A stretch of 62,634 nucleotides of DNA from Spirogloea muscicola. Its lineage: Eukaryota. The translations under genes were made by a program, and so were the position numbers. Positions 11,361-22,878 of this stretch are shown piece by piece. The notes beneath the pieces were generated by a model. That model saw nothing but the letters and a program-made list of their open reading frames with translations, was not told the origin of the DNA and made no database searches. The first letter of the stretch is position 1, and the number at the start of each line of letters is the position of its first letter. The stretch spans positions 1,268,907-1,331,540 of the forward strand of contig WELB01000006.1 of NCBI GenBank assembly GCA_009602725.1, in the 5' to 3' direction.

Positions 11361-13301
11361 CCCGTGGCCGGCGGCGGCGGCGGCCTCGGCGGCGGCGGCG
11401 GTGGCGGCGGCGACAAGAGCAGCGCATACTCGACCGACGAGTTCCGCATGTTCAGCTTCAAGGTGCGCCCGTGCTCGCGCGCGTACAGCCATGACTGGAC
11501 CGAGTGCCCGTTCGTGCACCCCGGCGAGAACGCGCGCCGCCGCGACCCCCGCCGCTTCCACTACTCCTGCGTCCCCTGCCCCGACTTCCGCAAGGGCGCC
11601 TGCCGCCGCGGCGACGCCTGCGAGTACGCCCATGGCGTCTTCGAGTGCTGGCTGCACCCCGCGCAGTACCGCACCAGGTCCGTCGTCGGACCGCTCCCCA
11701 CCTTGCCGTCTGCTCGCTGTGTGACGCCGTGGTCATTGCCTCCATAGGTCTGCTCATCGGCGCTGCGTCAGGTCAGGTGCCGGCGTCCTCATGACTGGCA
11801 GAGCGCCGACCTTCCCATGTCACCACAGTTGCGGTCGTGCTACCAGCTGACTCCTTCCCTCCCTCCTCCCTCCAGGCTGTGCAAGGACGGCACGGGTTGT
11901 GCGCGGCGGGTGTGCTTCTTCGCGCACACGTCGGAGGAGCTGCGGCCGCTGTACTCAGCGGCCGGCACGGGCCTGGCAACGGCCATGGCGGTGGCGGCGG
12001 CGGCATCGCCGCGCTCCACCTCGCCCATGGACATGCGCTCGCTGTCCCCGCCGCTGCCGCTGCAGCTCGTGGGCCCGGGCTCGCCAGGAGGCAGCAGCTG
12101 TGGCGGCTTGTCCCCACCCATGTCCCCGAGTGCTGCAGCCACCGCTGCCGCGCACCATCCGCTGGGGGCCATGCTCGGCGGCGGCGGCGGGCCCCCGCCA
12201 CCTCTGCACCTGCCGGCGGCGTTGGCAACCAGCCGCTTGCGTGCGGCGCTGCACGCCCGCGACCTCGCCGCGCAGGAGGAGGCCATCCAGCTCGAAGCGG
12301 ACCTGCTCGCCGCCGAGTACTACCAGCTGTCCTCGCAGGCGCGCATGGTGGCCGCCGCCAAGGCCGCTGCCGAGAGCTCAGCCGCCAGCAGCCCCACGGC
12401 AGCGGCAGCGGGGGGCCGGCGGGGCAAGGATGCATACGCCAGCCTCGGCCTGCAGATCCCGCCGCCGCTCGGCGGTGCCGCCGGCGGCAGCGTTGGCGGC
12501 CTTGACGACTACTACCTGGACAGCCTGCAGCGCGCACCCAACAGCCCGCTGAGCCCCTCGGCGCACCGTGCGTTCTCGCCCTTCTCGCCCGTGAGCTCCA
12601 ATGGCGGCGGCGGTGGCGGAGGCGGCGGTGGCGGCGGCACACCCATGGCCGCAGGCTCTCTGCGGCGCTACAACAGCGCCACCTTTGACCACCTGGACTC
12701 GCGCTTGCCGATCGGCGGCAATGGCGGCGGGGGCGGCAGCGGCGGCGGGCTGCACGGGGCAGGGGCGCTGCCACTATCACCTGTCTCGGCCACTGCTGCG
12801 CACTCGGCCGTGACGGCAGCGCTCAGCGCACGCCGCACAGCATCCGTGCGGCGGACCAGCAGCAGCGCCGCCTCGGCGGCTGCGGACTGGGTCAGCCCCC
12901 GGGAGCGGGAGCGCGCGGCGTCGCCCCTCAGCGGGGGCGGCGGCAGCAGCCGCAAGGCTGGCGGCAGTGGCCACGCCGAGTGGGTCAGCACGGCGGTGGT
13001 TGGCGGAGCGACGGCCGGTGCGCTGAGCCCATCCCGACGATCAGCAGAGTGGGCCTACCCGGCCAGCAGACCAGACTGGGGTGCGGCTGTCGAGAAGGGC
13101 AGCGTGGCCCTGCCTCAAACGCCACCAGCAGCAGCGACCAGTGGTGGCGGCGTCGGCGGCGGCAGCACAGCTGGAGGTGGTGGGGGGGGTCACGGCGGCG
13201 GCGGCCATGACTTTCGGCGAACTGCATCGCTGCCGCTGAAGAGCGTGCTGCCCGAGGAGCCAGACCTGTCCTGGGTGCAGAAGCTCGTCAAGGAGGGCTA
13301 G
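11361..13301 (+). CDS. Plant RR-TZF tandem CCCH zinc-finger protein, 5' partial (N-terminus in or before the gap)
   Basis: [39 protein letters not shown]...[34 protein letters not shown], intron 11678-11875, then [17 protein letters not shown]. The C-terminal [12 protein letters not shown] resembles the end of ankyrin-type TZFs. A coding-like frame continues upstream at about 10547-10688. Confidence 0.93.
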
Positions 13302-13941
13302 CCCGGTACGAGCCAGCACTGCTCCGGACCAAGTCCAGGACTGTGCCGGTGGCGGACCTTGCTTGTACAGGAGCAGCCGGCGTTGCTTGCAGCCGCACAA
13401 CGTCGGGCGCCAGCCAGCAGGAGGAAATGATTGTCTTTAGTTCCCATCCAAAACTTCCTTTTGGCCCGGCTTTTTCACTGCAGTTACTGCCATGCGCGCT
13501 TTTACCTTGCCAATGATTAGCTTGCTAGAGGGAACCTTGCCGCCCTTGTCCTGAAGCAGCAAGCCTCGTAGACGGGCCCGCTGCAAGCAACAGGAGGTGT
13601 TTCTCTGGGCTTTTCAGTGCCTCTTGCGAGGGCAGGTTAGTCCTCCTCTGCCCATTCCTTATGCATGCCAAATGGCACTATTGCTATAAGTTCTGTCATA
13701 ATGCTCATCATATGTACCATAGATCCTCACTTGAGATCCTGGTCAGTTGCTAATGCGTACACATAGTGGTGCTTGTTGGGTACGGTCGGCTGGTCAAGTC
13801 CGTCTTTACGTTCTGAGTGGACGATTTCTAGTGGTGAGCCTTGATTGAGCGACTCATGGGCTGTAGAAAATGCATGTTGCGACAGATGACTCCCACTCAC
13901 GAGTTCATAATGCTCCTGATGTTGCAGCAGGCGCAGTCACC

Positions 13942-13970
13942 AATATCCACAACCATTGGTTGTGGATATT
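13942..13970. repeat. 29-bp palindrome (14-bp arms, 1-nt spacer)
   Basis: AATATCCACAACCA-T-TGGTTGTGGATATT. Confidence 0.9.
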
Positions 13971-15069
13971 AGGATCTCTGTCACGGCAGAATGTGTCTTT
14001 GGGAGAGTGACCAGGAAAATTGCTGCAGGGTGCCCTTGTTGATGCAGCCTGCCGCTACACTACAGACGCTGCCTACCACTCATCTCTGTACCAGGAAAAT
14101 GCCTCATTCCTATTCTTTCATTATCCCTCATTCAGGCCGCTGCCTCTGCTTGCTCTATTCTTTAGCAATTCATCTGGCCTAGCCAGATTATGTCACCTTT
14201 CCTCAATTAGTGTGGCAAGCAAGATGGGTTTGTAGCTGCAGTGCTTGCTTCACATTTGACTGCCCCTTTCCTGCGGCTCTTGTTGACTTAAGTTGTGTGA
14301 ACCTGGCTGACTGCATATGCGTGTCAGTAATTTTCTCTTGTTCCTTCAAGGGGTCCAATATCCTGAGTGCCCGAGTCCCTGACGCGTTTGCTATAACGTG
14401 CTGTGGGGGTGCCAGGACGTTGAAAATGGTTGGGTCTGGGCGCATGTGCTGTCTGACAAGCACGCATGATGCCTTATGTTGTATCACACCTGCCAACTAT
14501 CCATGTATACCAGGTGACCGTCATGATGCTTGTAGGTAGTACACCTGAAGCCCAGTGTGATCAAGGCAAGCTCGGTACAAGCAATGCCTCAACTTGGAGA
14601 GAAACTTGTGACAGACCATCGCTTGAGGACCAGGTGTGCTACTTTGTGCAGCCAATAGTCGGAGCTGAATGCAGCATCTCTTGTATATGCACAAAGTTGC
14701 GCCCTTGGTATGGCATGATGTTGCTAAACTAACAAGGTCGTCGAAGACTGTCGTCTATTACATCCGAAGATATCACAAGACCCAGATCAGAAGATGCTAT
14801 AGAATGACCAAGCTCAAGAAGATTCTCGTCAAGTGCTGGTGCGCAACTAACTTCAAGGAGGGGTTGGAACTGGGCTGATGGACATCTGTGTGCACGAAAG
14901 CGCAAGCGCCCTTCAAAGGAAGAGTCGTTATTCCCCGTCAATTTGGACGCGCTGATCGTATTTCTTCTCCGAAGCGCGTCTGCCGTCAACTACCATTCGT
15001 CGGATCTCCGTCAACGTTGAGGGGCGCAGCGTTGGACGGGCTGCCCTCACGGTCGCCAGCCCGACTCCG

Positions 15070-15121
15070 CACGTGCGAGCGGTTGCCGGCCGGCGGCCTC
15101 GGCGCGCCGCGGGCGCACGTG
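15070..15121. promoter_or_regulatory. Two G-boxes upstream of the pyruvate kinase gene
   Basis: CACGTG at 15070 and 15116, about 350-400 bp before the ATG at 15468. Confidence 0.35.
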
Positions 15122-15467
15122 GGACGGCCGCCACGCGGCGCCACCCCGGCAGCGCCCTTACCCCCTTCATTCCGGCCATTTGCAGATGGGTAGACAAGCT
15201 TTTCCTTCCTGCCCCATCCAGATCTGCACATGTGTAGACTCTTTTGGCCCATGGCCCACAGCTGGGCTGGCTTTTCACCGGCCTCGAAGACCTCACCTCC
15301 AAGCTTGCTGTTGTTGGTCGCTCAGCTCGTTCAGCTTGGAAGCCAAGCGGCCGTCTCCCCCACCGCCATTGCGCCCCGTCAGAGAGGCCCCCAGCAGCCG
15401 CCGCCGCCGCCCGCCGTCGCCGCCGCCGTCGCCGGCCCGGCGGCCCAGCCCAGCGCTCTGGCGCGGG

Positions 15468-18400
15468 ATGGCGGCCACCGCGGGCTTGCATTCGGCGCCC
15501 GGTCGCGTCCTCACGTTGCCGAGGGGCCGGCAGGTATCCCGCCGTCTCCGCGGCCAGGCTGTTCGTTGGACTCGACACTGATGCCAGCAATTGATCCGCC
15601 CCGCTGCTGTCGTTGCTATGGAAGAGCATCACTGCTTCTCGTTGTCAATTATCGGCCCTTGTAGGAAATCCTTGGACTCTCCCTAAATAACGCCATGTGC
15701 TTGAAATCACAAGTCTTGGCGATGGTTCGATTGATTGACCTCCATACAGGCCAAATTGGCAAGCAAAACTCCGTCAAAACCTGCACTTCTCATCATGCCA
15801 AATCTTTGATGTCTGCGCAGACCCTGATTGCCTTACTAATAGATGCTTGCTCGTTCTGTGGCTCTGCATTGTTGGTTGCAGCACTTCGTTGCAGCTCCTT
15901 GTCTTCAGCACTTAAATGTTGCGGTCCAAGAGCATTCTGGTCTTACGACAGTAGAGGCGTACTGCTAGTGAGACCACCTATAAATACCTCATCGCAATAT
16001 TCTGGTCATGGTGTCAAGATTTGTACAGAGCTTTTAGTTGCAATACACCCTGGAGCCAGGGACACACACAACTACAAATTGACTTGGCTAGTAATAGCGT
16101 CTGTTTGCTTCTATTCCGGCCTAACGAAGATAAAAGCTGTGCAACGGGATGCAGCAGTTACATCGAGAAGAGAGGCCTATCAGGCTCCTGCACAGCTCTG
16201 ATAGCTGATCTTACAAAGCGCGGCGGGCAGCTTGGCCGGGCGGCACTTGCAACCAGATTCAGGTCCTTACGAGGATCATATCACTGCTAGGCGCTTACGC
16301 CCATGACTGTTTGTCGTTGACTCGGGCGTGACTGGAAGTATTTTATCACTGCATCCCTTTACGAGCTTGTTGATGATAGATATCTGCAATCTGTCAAATG
16401 AAGGGATGATGCTGAGTGCTGTCAGTTGTCTTGCAGGTTGCAGAGACCAAATATCCTTGGACGTGCGTCAGGCTTGCAAGAAGTCCCTTCGGCTCTTCAA
16501 ACAGCACGCTGTAGATTAGAGCAGGCGGAGGCACAAACTGCAATAAATGGCAGCATCAGTAGCAAGCAGGCAAGGGCTGAAGCCGATGTTATGCAGGAAG
16601 CAGCATTGGGGATTCTTAAAAAGGCAGCAACTGTGTCGGAGCCAGTGTCCCCAAAGAAGGCCAAAGCTAGCTCCAAAGACAACACCAAGTCGAGCTTGCA
16701 ACTGCTTCAAGTGGAGGAACTTGCTGACAATGAAATGGCAAGCAGCAGGACAACACACAGCCCTGCAGATGATATATTGCACGAGGCACACCATCAGAAG
16801 CTTGCAGAGTTAGTGGATGAGCTGCAGCTTATCAGAGCTCATGCTCTTGACTTGGAACAGCGATACAGCTCTTATTTAAAGGGAGCTCATAGGTTGATGA
16901 CTGACCTTCTGACCTCGTATTCATTGAACAACCTGTTGATGAAGTGCAACAGTGTGATAGCAGCCTGGTGTCTGCTGATAGGTCAAGATTTTGCCATCAA
17001 TTGTCCTGCCTGTATGTCTATTGACATCAACTAGATAGTATCATCAGTTGTTTGACCAACCAAGATGATTGTTTGCTCGTCCTGCATCTTCAGTCGCTAT
17101 CGAGACAGTGCGCGCAACCTGATACATTATATTGCTCTTCGCAACCGTGACATACGTATGCTTCAATCGGTATGACCACCCTTATCACTGGCTCTAGCCA
17201 GCCAGATTTATAATATGCTGTCGGTAGAGGTCAAGCAGGGCAAGCCTGCCCTTGGAATGGTGCTCATCTTTAGCTGCTGTTGAGTAGTACCCCAGATGTC
17301 ATCTCGCCACTTCATGACCTTGTAGTCACTCAGACAACCGCGTCAATGCATACTTATCATCCAACAGCGATGACCTGCACACAGAGGTTGGGAGATCTGG
17401 GCCTGTCTTCCCTTGGTCGTACAGAGGCACACACTCTTGCCTCCATCACCGCAGTTCTTAGAGTTCTTCACACACTGCTACATGATTACCCAAACGGTAA
17501 TGTGAGTAACTCACCATCCAACTTATCAGCAACAATTTTGTGCGAAATGCAGAAGCAGGGTTAAGGATTGCTATCAATTGAAACTCACATGATAACCTGG
17601 CAACCGCCTGCTTGAGGTGATGCATTTTAGCCAGGGAAGTCTATAAGACCACCACATGACTCTACACACTTGGAGCTCTCCAGAAATGTCTTGTGTAAGG
17701 CAAGTGCTAGGTCCTGCAGAACATTCACAGCTGGCAGAGCCGATGATTGCAGCCACCTCAAGAATCAAAGAATGGAAGAGCCTCAGTGTCTCCCAGTGCA
17801 GCTCTCATTGAAGACACTCTTTCGAAGAGAGAAGTGCAAGTTGCACAAGAGCTGGAGGCTGTGGTTATGGGCTTCCAGGCTGGCGACAACTATCTGCATG
17901 CTAACACCCTGGACCTTTTGAAGGGGCCTCCTGCTGATGGACGCAAAACATATATTATGGTGACCCTGCCGTCAGAGGTACAAATCTAAATCAAGCTTCA
18001 CTGACTGCTTGTGTCACTGATCCTCGCACTCAACTTACCAGAAGGCTGCTATGAACATCCTCAGTAATGATGAGTATAATAACAGATCACTAACCTTTTT
18101 ACAGAACTTATGAAATTTCACAATGAGGCAGATTATTATCAGGCAATATCTGAGCTGTGTATCCCTTGATCCGCGTTGTCAGGCAGCACACAATCCTAAG
18201 CTGATTGAGGGCCTGCTTGGTGCTGGCATGGATGTAGCCCGTGTCAATTGTGCTCACGACGCACCTGAAACATGGAGAAGGATTGTTGACAACATCCGCT
18301 GCTGCAGGTTGACACACTGTTGGGCGCAAGCAGTATTGACATTTTGTTATTCCTGAGGAGAAATGTGTGCATCTTAAAATCTCTCGATACTAATCATTAG

Positions 18401-21400
18401 ATTGTCATGAGTTGTGCGTAGCGAGAAGCATGGGCGACACTGTCCAATACTTATGGACCTGGCTGGGCCAAAGCTTCGAACTGGCCCACTCAAGGTTAGT
18501 GACAATGACTACAACCATGCTGGCAATAGAGGGACATATGCTCCTCTATACGCAAATATGCAATTATGCAATAAGGGGTCAAGCCCTCACCTTGCTCCTA
18601 GTCGTATTTGTCGTGGTATGATATTACTATGTCTGACAGGTGTTGACATTACATGTGAAGTCCCGCAGATAAGCATTGCTTGGAAATGTGATTGTCACAT
18701 GCCTGTAGCTGTCATAATCGAAGAGGCACTCAGTGTGCTCTATTGTGGATAATTCTACTACCAACACAGATGGACCTGATAAGGTCTTGACTCGTGCTAT
18801 TCACTTGCAGCCTGGTCCACAAGTCAAAAAAGTGAAGCCTGCCATAGATGCACTGGGCAACATCATTGGACCAGCGCGCATCTGGTTAGCAAGGGCCGGT
18901 GTAGATCCGCCAGCTACCGTCGAGATAGATGCTGTCCTACCTGTGGAGGCTGAGGATGAGTGGCTCAGGAGTCTGCATGAGGGCGATGCACTAACCTTCA
19001 TGGATGCTCGTGGCAAGGTGATTTAATCCCGCACTTAATGATAGTTGACCTTAAGGCACAGTGCAGGCAGAGCAAGTCTCTTCAAGCAGGCTCAGCAACC
19101 TCTCTCTCAGTGGGTTGCCAGTCCACTTGTGTTCACCCTGCAGAAGCGCACTTTGAGAATCACGGAGATAGTACACGTGGATGGGCATCTTGGTCTTTGC
19201 GTGGAGAGTGAGAAGAGATTTTATATGTTGGTGAGCAAGCTGGCCACCATGACATGAGGCAAGAGCCACAGATCATGAGCTCTTGCATGAACTTCAGCAG
19301 ACGTGCAGATTACAGCATGAACATTGAACTACACACTGCACATAGTGGGACCAGCTTCTAAGCTCAACCCTTCCAATCACTTGCCATACAGAGTGGAACA
19401 GAGCTGAGGCTTGTTGGTGCGAGTGACAATGGATCAATGAAGGACATACTGGGCAGGACGACCTATGTGGGAGCCCTGCCTGAAATGGAGAGGTCAATCG
19501 TCCTTAAGAAAGGCGACATATTGGTTTTGACCAGGGAGGCAAGCCCTGGAGAGCCAGCAATATACAGCAAGACTGGAAAATTAGTCAAACCTGCTCATGT
19601 ATCTTGTGAAATACCTACGGTCTTTGAGAATGTCAAGGTACCATGCTTGGCCCTTTATCTGGTCTGCTGCATCAGAAGGTGCACTGCTATGGTGTGCTTT
19701 CAGCCTCCATGTCTGCTACTTCGTCAGACCCATACACAATTCGTTGACTTGGACTAGAGGTTTGTGCACAGTTTCTGATTCAGGCAAGTTGCTCTCTCAG
19801 AGTGGTGAGCCAATAAAGCTTGATGATGGAAAGATTGAAGGGGTGATCAAGGATGTAAATAAGGATGAAATACGAATTAAAGTCACTCGAGCAGCTGATA
19901 AAGGAAGCAAGCTCAAGAGCCAAAAGGTCATGGTGCACATCTTACGTAGCCTCTTGCATAATTATCTATGACAAAGTAGCTGCAACGTTGCTCAATTGCT
20001 GGGATGAGATTAGATATGCGTTCCTCACAGAGGCTAGGATCTCCACTGCACTGCACTAAAATGGTTGGAATCTGTGTTGATCTGCCAGGCTATCAATCTG
20101 CCTGACAGCACACTAGACCTTCAAGGGCTGACCAAGCAGGATATCTTGGATCTTGACTTCATAGCTGCCAATGCTGATATGGTTGCATTCTCCTTTGTAA
20201 GTACCCAGTCCTCACAGATTAGCTGTGCTCCTTCATTCGTAGACTAAAGGTAGTCTATTCTCTGGCACGCTCAGGATATTAATTGTGCAAGAAAATTGCA
20301 AGCTCTTACGAAGCTCATACCTTTCTGCAGGTCAATGATGCCAGCGATGTTGCTAAGCTTCAAGAGGAGCTGAAGCTGCGAGGAGGTTCTAACTTGGGGA
20401 TTGTGCTGAAAATAGAGACCAAGCATGGCTTTGAGAATCTTCCTTACATGCTCCTTCAGGTGCAGTCCATGTGGCCCCGCTGAAGAGCTCCTGCAGCTTG
20501 GCATTGACATCATTGACATCATGGCTAATCTCTTGGAGCAATTCAAGGCCTGGTTGTTTGACAGCAAACGTCACAGCAGATGCTGTCCTTCGATGTACCT
20601 GACGTGCAATCACTTTCAATCAGCAGGGTATGAAGACTGGCAATCCCTTGGGAGTCATGATTGCCAGAGGTGACTTGGCCGTGGAGCTCGGATGGGAGCG
20701 TTTAGCTGGTAATCAAGTGCTTCCCAGCAAACAAATATTCAGTCCAGGATGACGAATTGAACCAACAGTATAAGGTTGTTGGCATCACACAGCACATGAC
20801 GCCCTTGCCTAGTGTATCACCTTCCTGTATGTGTGGCGCTGTGCTACTGTGCAGAGGTTCAGGAACAGATACTGTGGTTGTGTGAAGCTGCGCACGTTCC
20901 TGTTATATGGGCAACGCAGGTAAGTCACACATGCATTGTCTGGCCTCTTGCACATTTGTATCATGCCAAACCCAACAAGGCAGAATGTTAGTTGATTTTA
21001 TAGGCAATCTGCAGTGGTAGCTTCGTGCAAACAGCAATGTTGGATTAGTACCATGGAGGTGGAATGTTGCAAGGATATCTTCCACAGTGCATGATGTTGG
21101 TCTGATGTCAGGTACTTGAGAGCCTAGCAAAGGCAGGACTACCTTCAAGAGCTGAAATAACAGATGCAGCTATGGGGGAGAGGTCAGGCCCAATCTCACT
21201 GCTGTGCTTACCCGGGACAGCATGCACATGCCCATAATATGTATTGTCGAAACTGGTGCGACCCGTCTTGCCTTTAAGCAAGCAGCATGAGCAGCATAGA
21301 TTTCAAAGAGCATGTCATACACCAGAACGTGCCTCACAGGTCTATCTGCTGCGCATGCAGGGCCGAGTGTGTGATGCTGAATAAGGGCCCCCACATAGTG

Positions 21401-21526
21401 AGGGCAGTCAGCATCTTGGCTGACATCTTGATGCGCATGAGCAGCCACCAGTCCAAGAAGCAGTCCATGCTCCGGTCGCTCCACGTATCGCAGAGCTTTG
21501 AAGAAGGGGCAAAAACGCCAATGTAA
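15468..21526 (+). CDS. Pyruvate kinase, plastidial PKp4-like
   Basis: Multi-exon gene with motifs [109 protein letters not shown]. The first exon is transit-peptide-like; its start and the early exons are less certain. Confidence 0.9.
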
Positions 21527-21759
21527 ACTCCAGCCCAGCTAGCAACCAGCCGTTGAACACCTTGATCAGCACGCGCCTTTTGCCGCCAAGAAGCAGAGTC
21601 ACAGTGATATTTGTGCCATAGAGCTGCTGTAAGTGGCGCTAGTCTTGGGCCGGTTCTTTAGTACTTTAGTAAATGTCGATTATCATTGACCTCTGCATGT
21701 GCTCTAGATGGGCGCTCAGAGGCCACCTATGTTGATTCATACCTGCGCGATACTGTACT

Positions 21760-21816
21760 GCAAGGGGCAATGCAATCTGGTGCATTGCCCCTTGCGGCAA
21801 TGCACCAGATTGCATT
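21760..21816. repeat. Nested inverted repeats
   Basis: GCAAGGGGCAATGCA-atctgg-TGCATTGCCCCTTGC forms a 15-bp stem. The next segment, 21796-21816, is the reverse complement of 21769-21789. Confidence 0.9.
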
Positions 21817-21852
21817 ACAGGCACAACCAGCCCCTTGCGTAGGTATCTTGCT

Positions 21853-21920
21853 CCTGTGACTTGTCAGCGGTTAGATACCGCTGACACCTGTGGCTTGTCA
21901 GAGGTTGGATACCTCTGACA
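21853..21920. repeat. Two tandem 34-bp units, each containing a perfect 10-bp hairpin
   Basis: TGTCAGCGGT-tagat-ACCGCTGACA and TGTCAGAGGT-tggat-ACCTCTGACA. Confidence 0.9.
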
Positions 21921-22878
21921 GCCTTGAAAGGCTACACTAGTGACTGAAGAGATTGTGAAGACGGTGATGTTTGACAAAAGACCTAAAGGGCATCTGAATG
22001 AGAAGATTGGTCAATACTGGTCTGATATATGGCAGATGAACAAGGATGCTTGCTTGTTGTCATATGTCCTGGATTGCGGGAGCGCCAGATCTCTATTGAT
22101 GTCTCATAGTATGTAATCTGACAGACATGCAAGCATGCTTATCCTTGATGCTCTTGCATAATGCGGGAGCGGCGCACTCTTCCGTGGACTGATTACCTCA
22201 GGACAGACTCGACCAGGTGCAGTACAAATATCAAACCCTTTCATTATGGAGAATGCAAATTTATCACCCATAATCATGTACTGTAGCAGTCGAAGCAGTT
22301 GCATCGAGTAGCTCGCTTTGCCTTCAAGTGATCTCTCGTCCCAAGCAGCTGCAGCCTGCAATGCACAACCAAGGTATTGACTGACGAGGGGCCCCAGCTG
22401 CAGCTGGAATGGCCACAGAGGCTGCCAGTTCTTCATGCCTAGCAGGTTTGGCACGCAAATGATGTGCTGAGAGCTTCCAAGTCTGGCGCAGTCCCCTGAT
22501 AGTCAAAGCAGCACCAGGCAGCTCACGGCAGCCTGGGCTCACAGCAATGCATCTCAGGACGACCGCAGAGGCATTCCCTGTCAGTGGCTTGCAAGCCACA
22601 GAAAATGGGGTCTTCGGTGCTATTCACGCGAGTGCCAAAGAGGTATTGGGAGCAGCAGAGGGCCCAGGATAGGCCTGCACCTGCGCACTCTGGTCGGCTT
22701 GTCAGACAGTTCCCGCAGCGGAACAGGTCCTATACTGCCGTCATTCCATCACTTGTTCTTCCTAGCGAGACTGACCTCGCATAACCTGACATGCAAGACG
22801 CAATAATGAATGTTTCTGGAGCACCCTCCTCTGGAGGGTGCCCTGCCTGGCTGCACGATCGTGCACGGCATTGTCATC

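Noticed and set aside
13991..15250. Short ORFs between TZF and pyruvate kinase
   Set aside because: No motifs, codon bias or consistent exon chain recognised.
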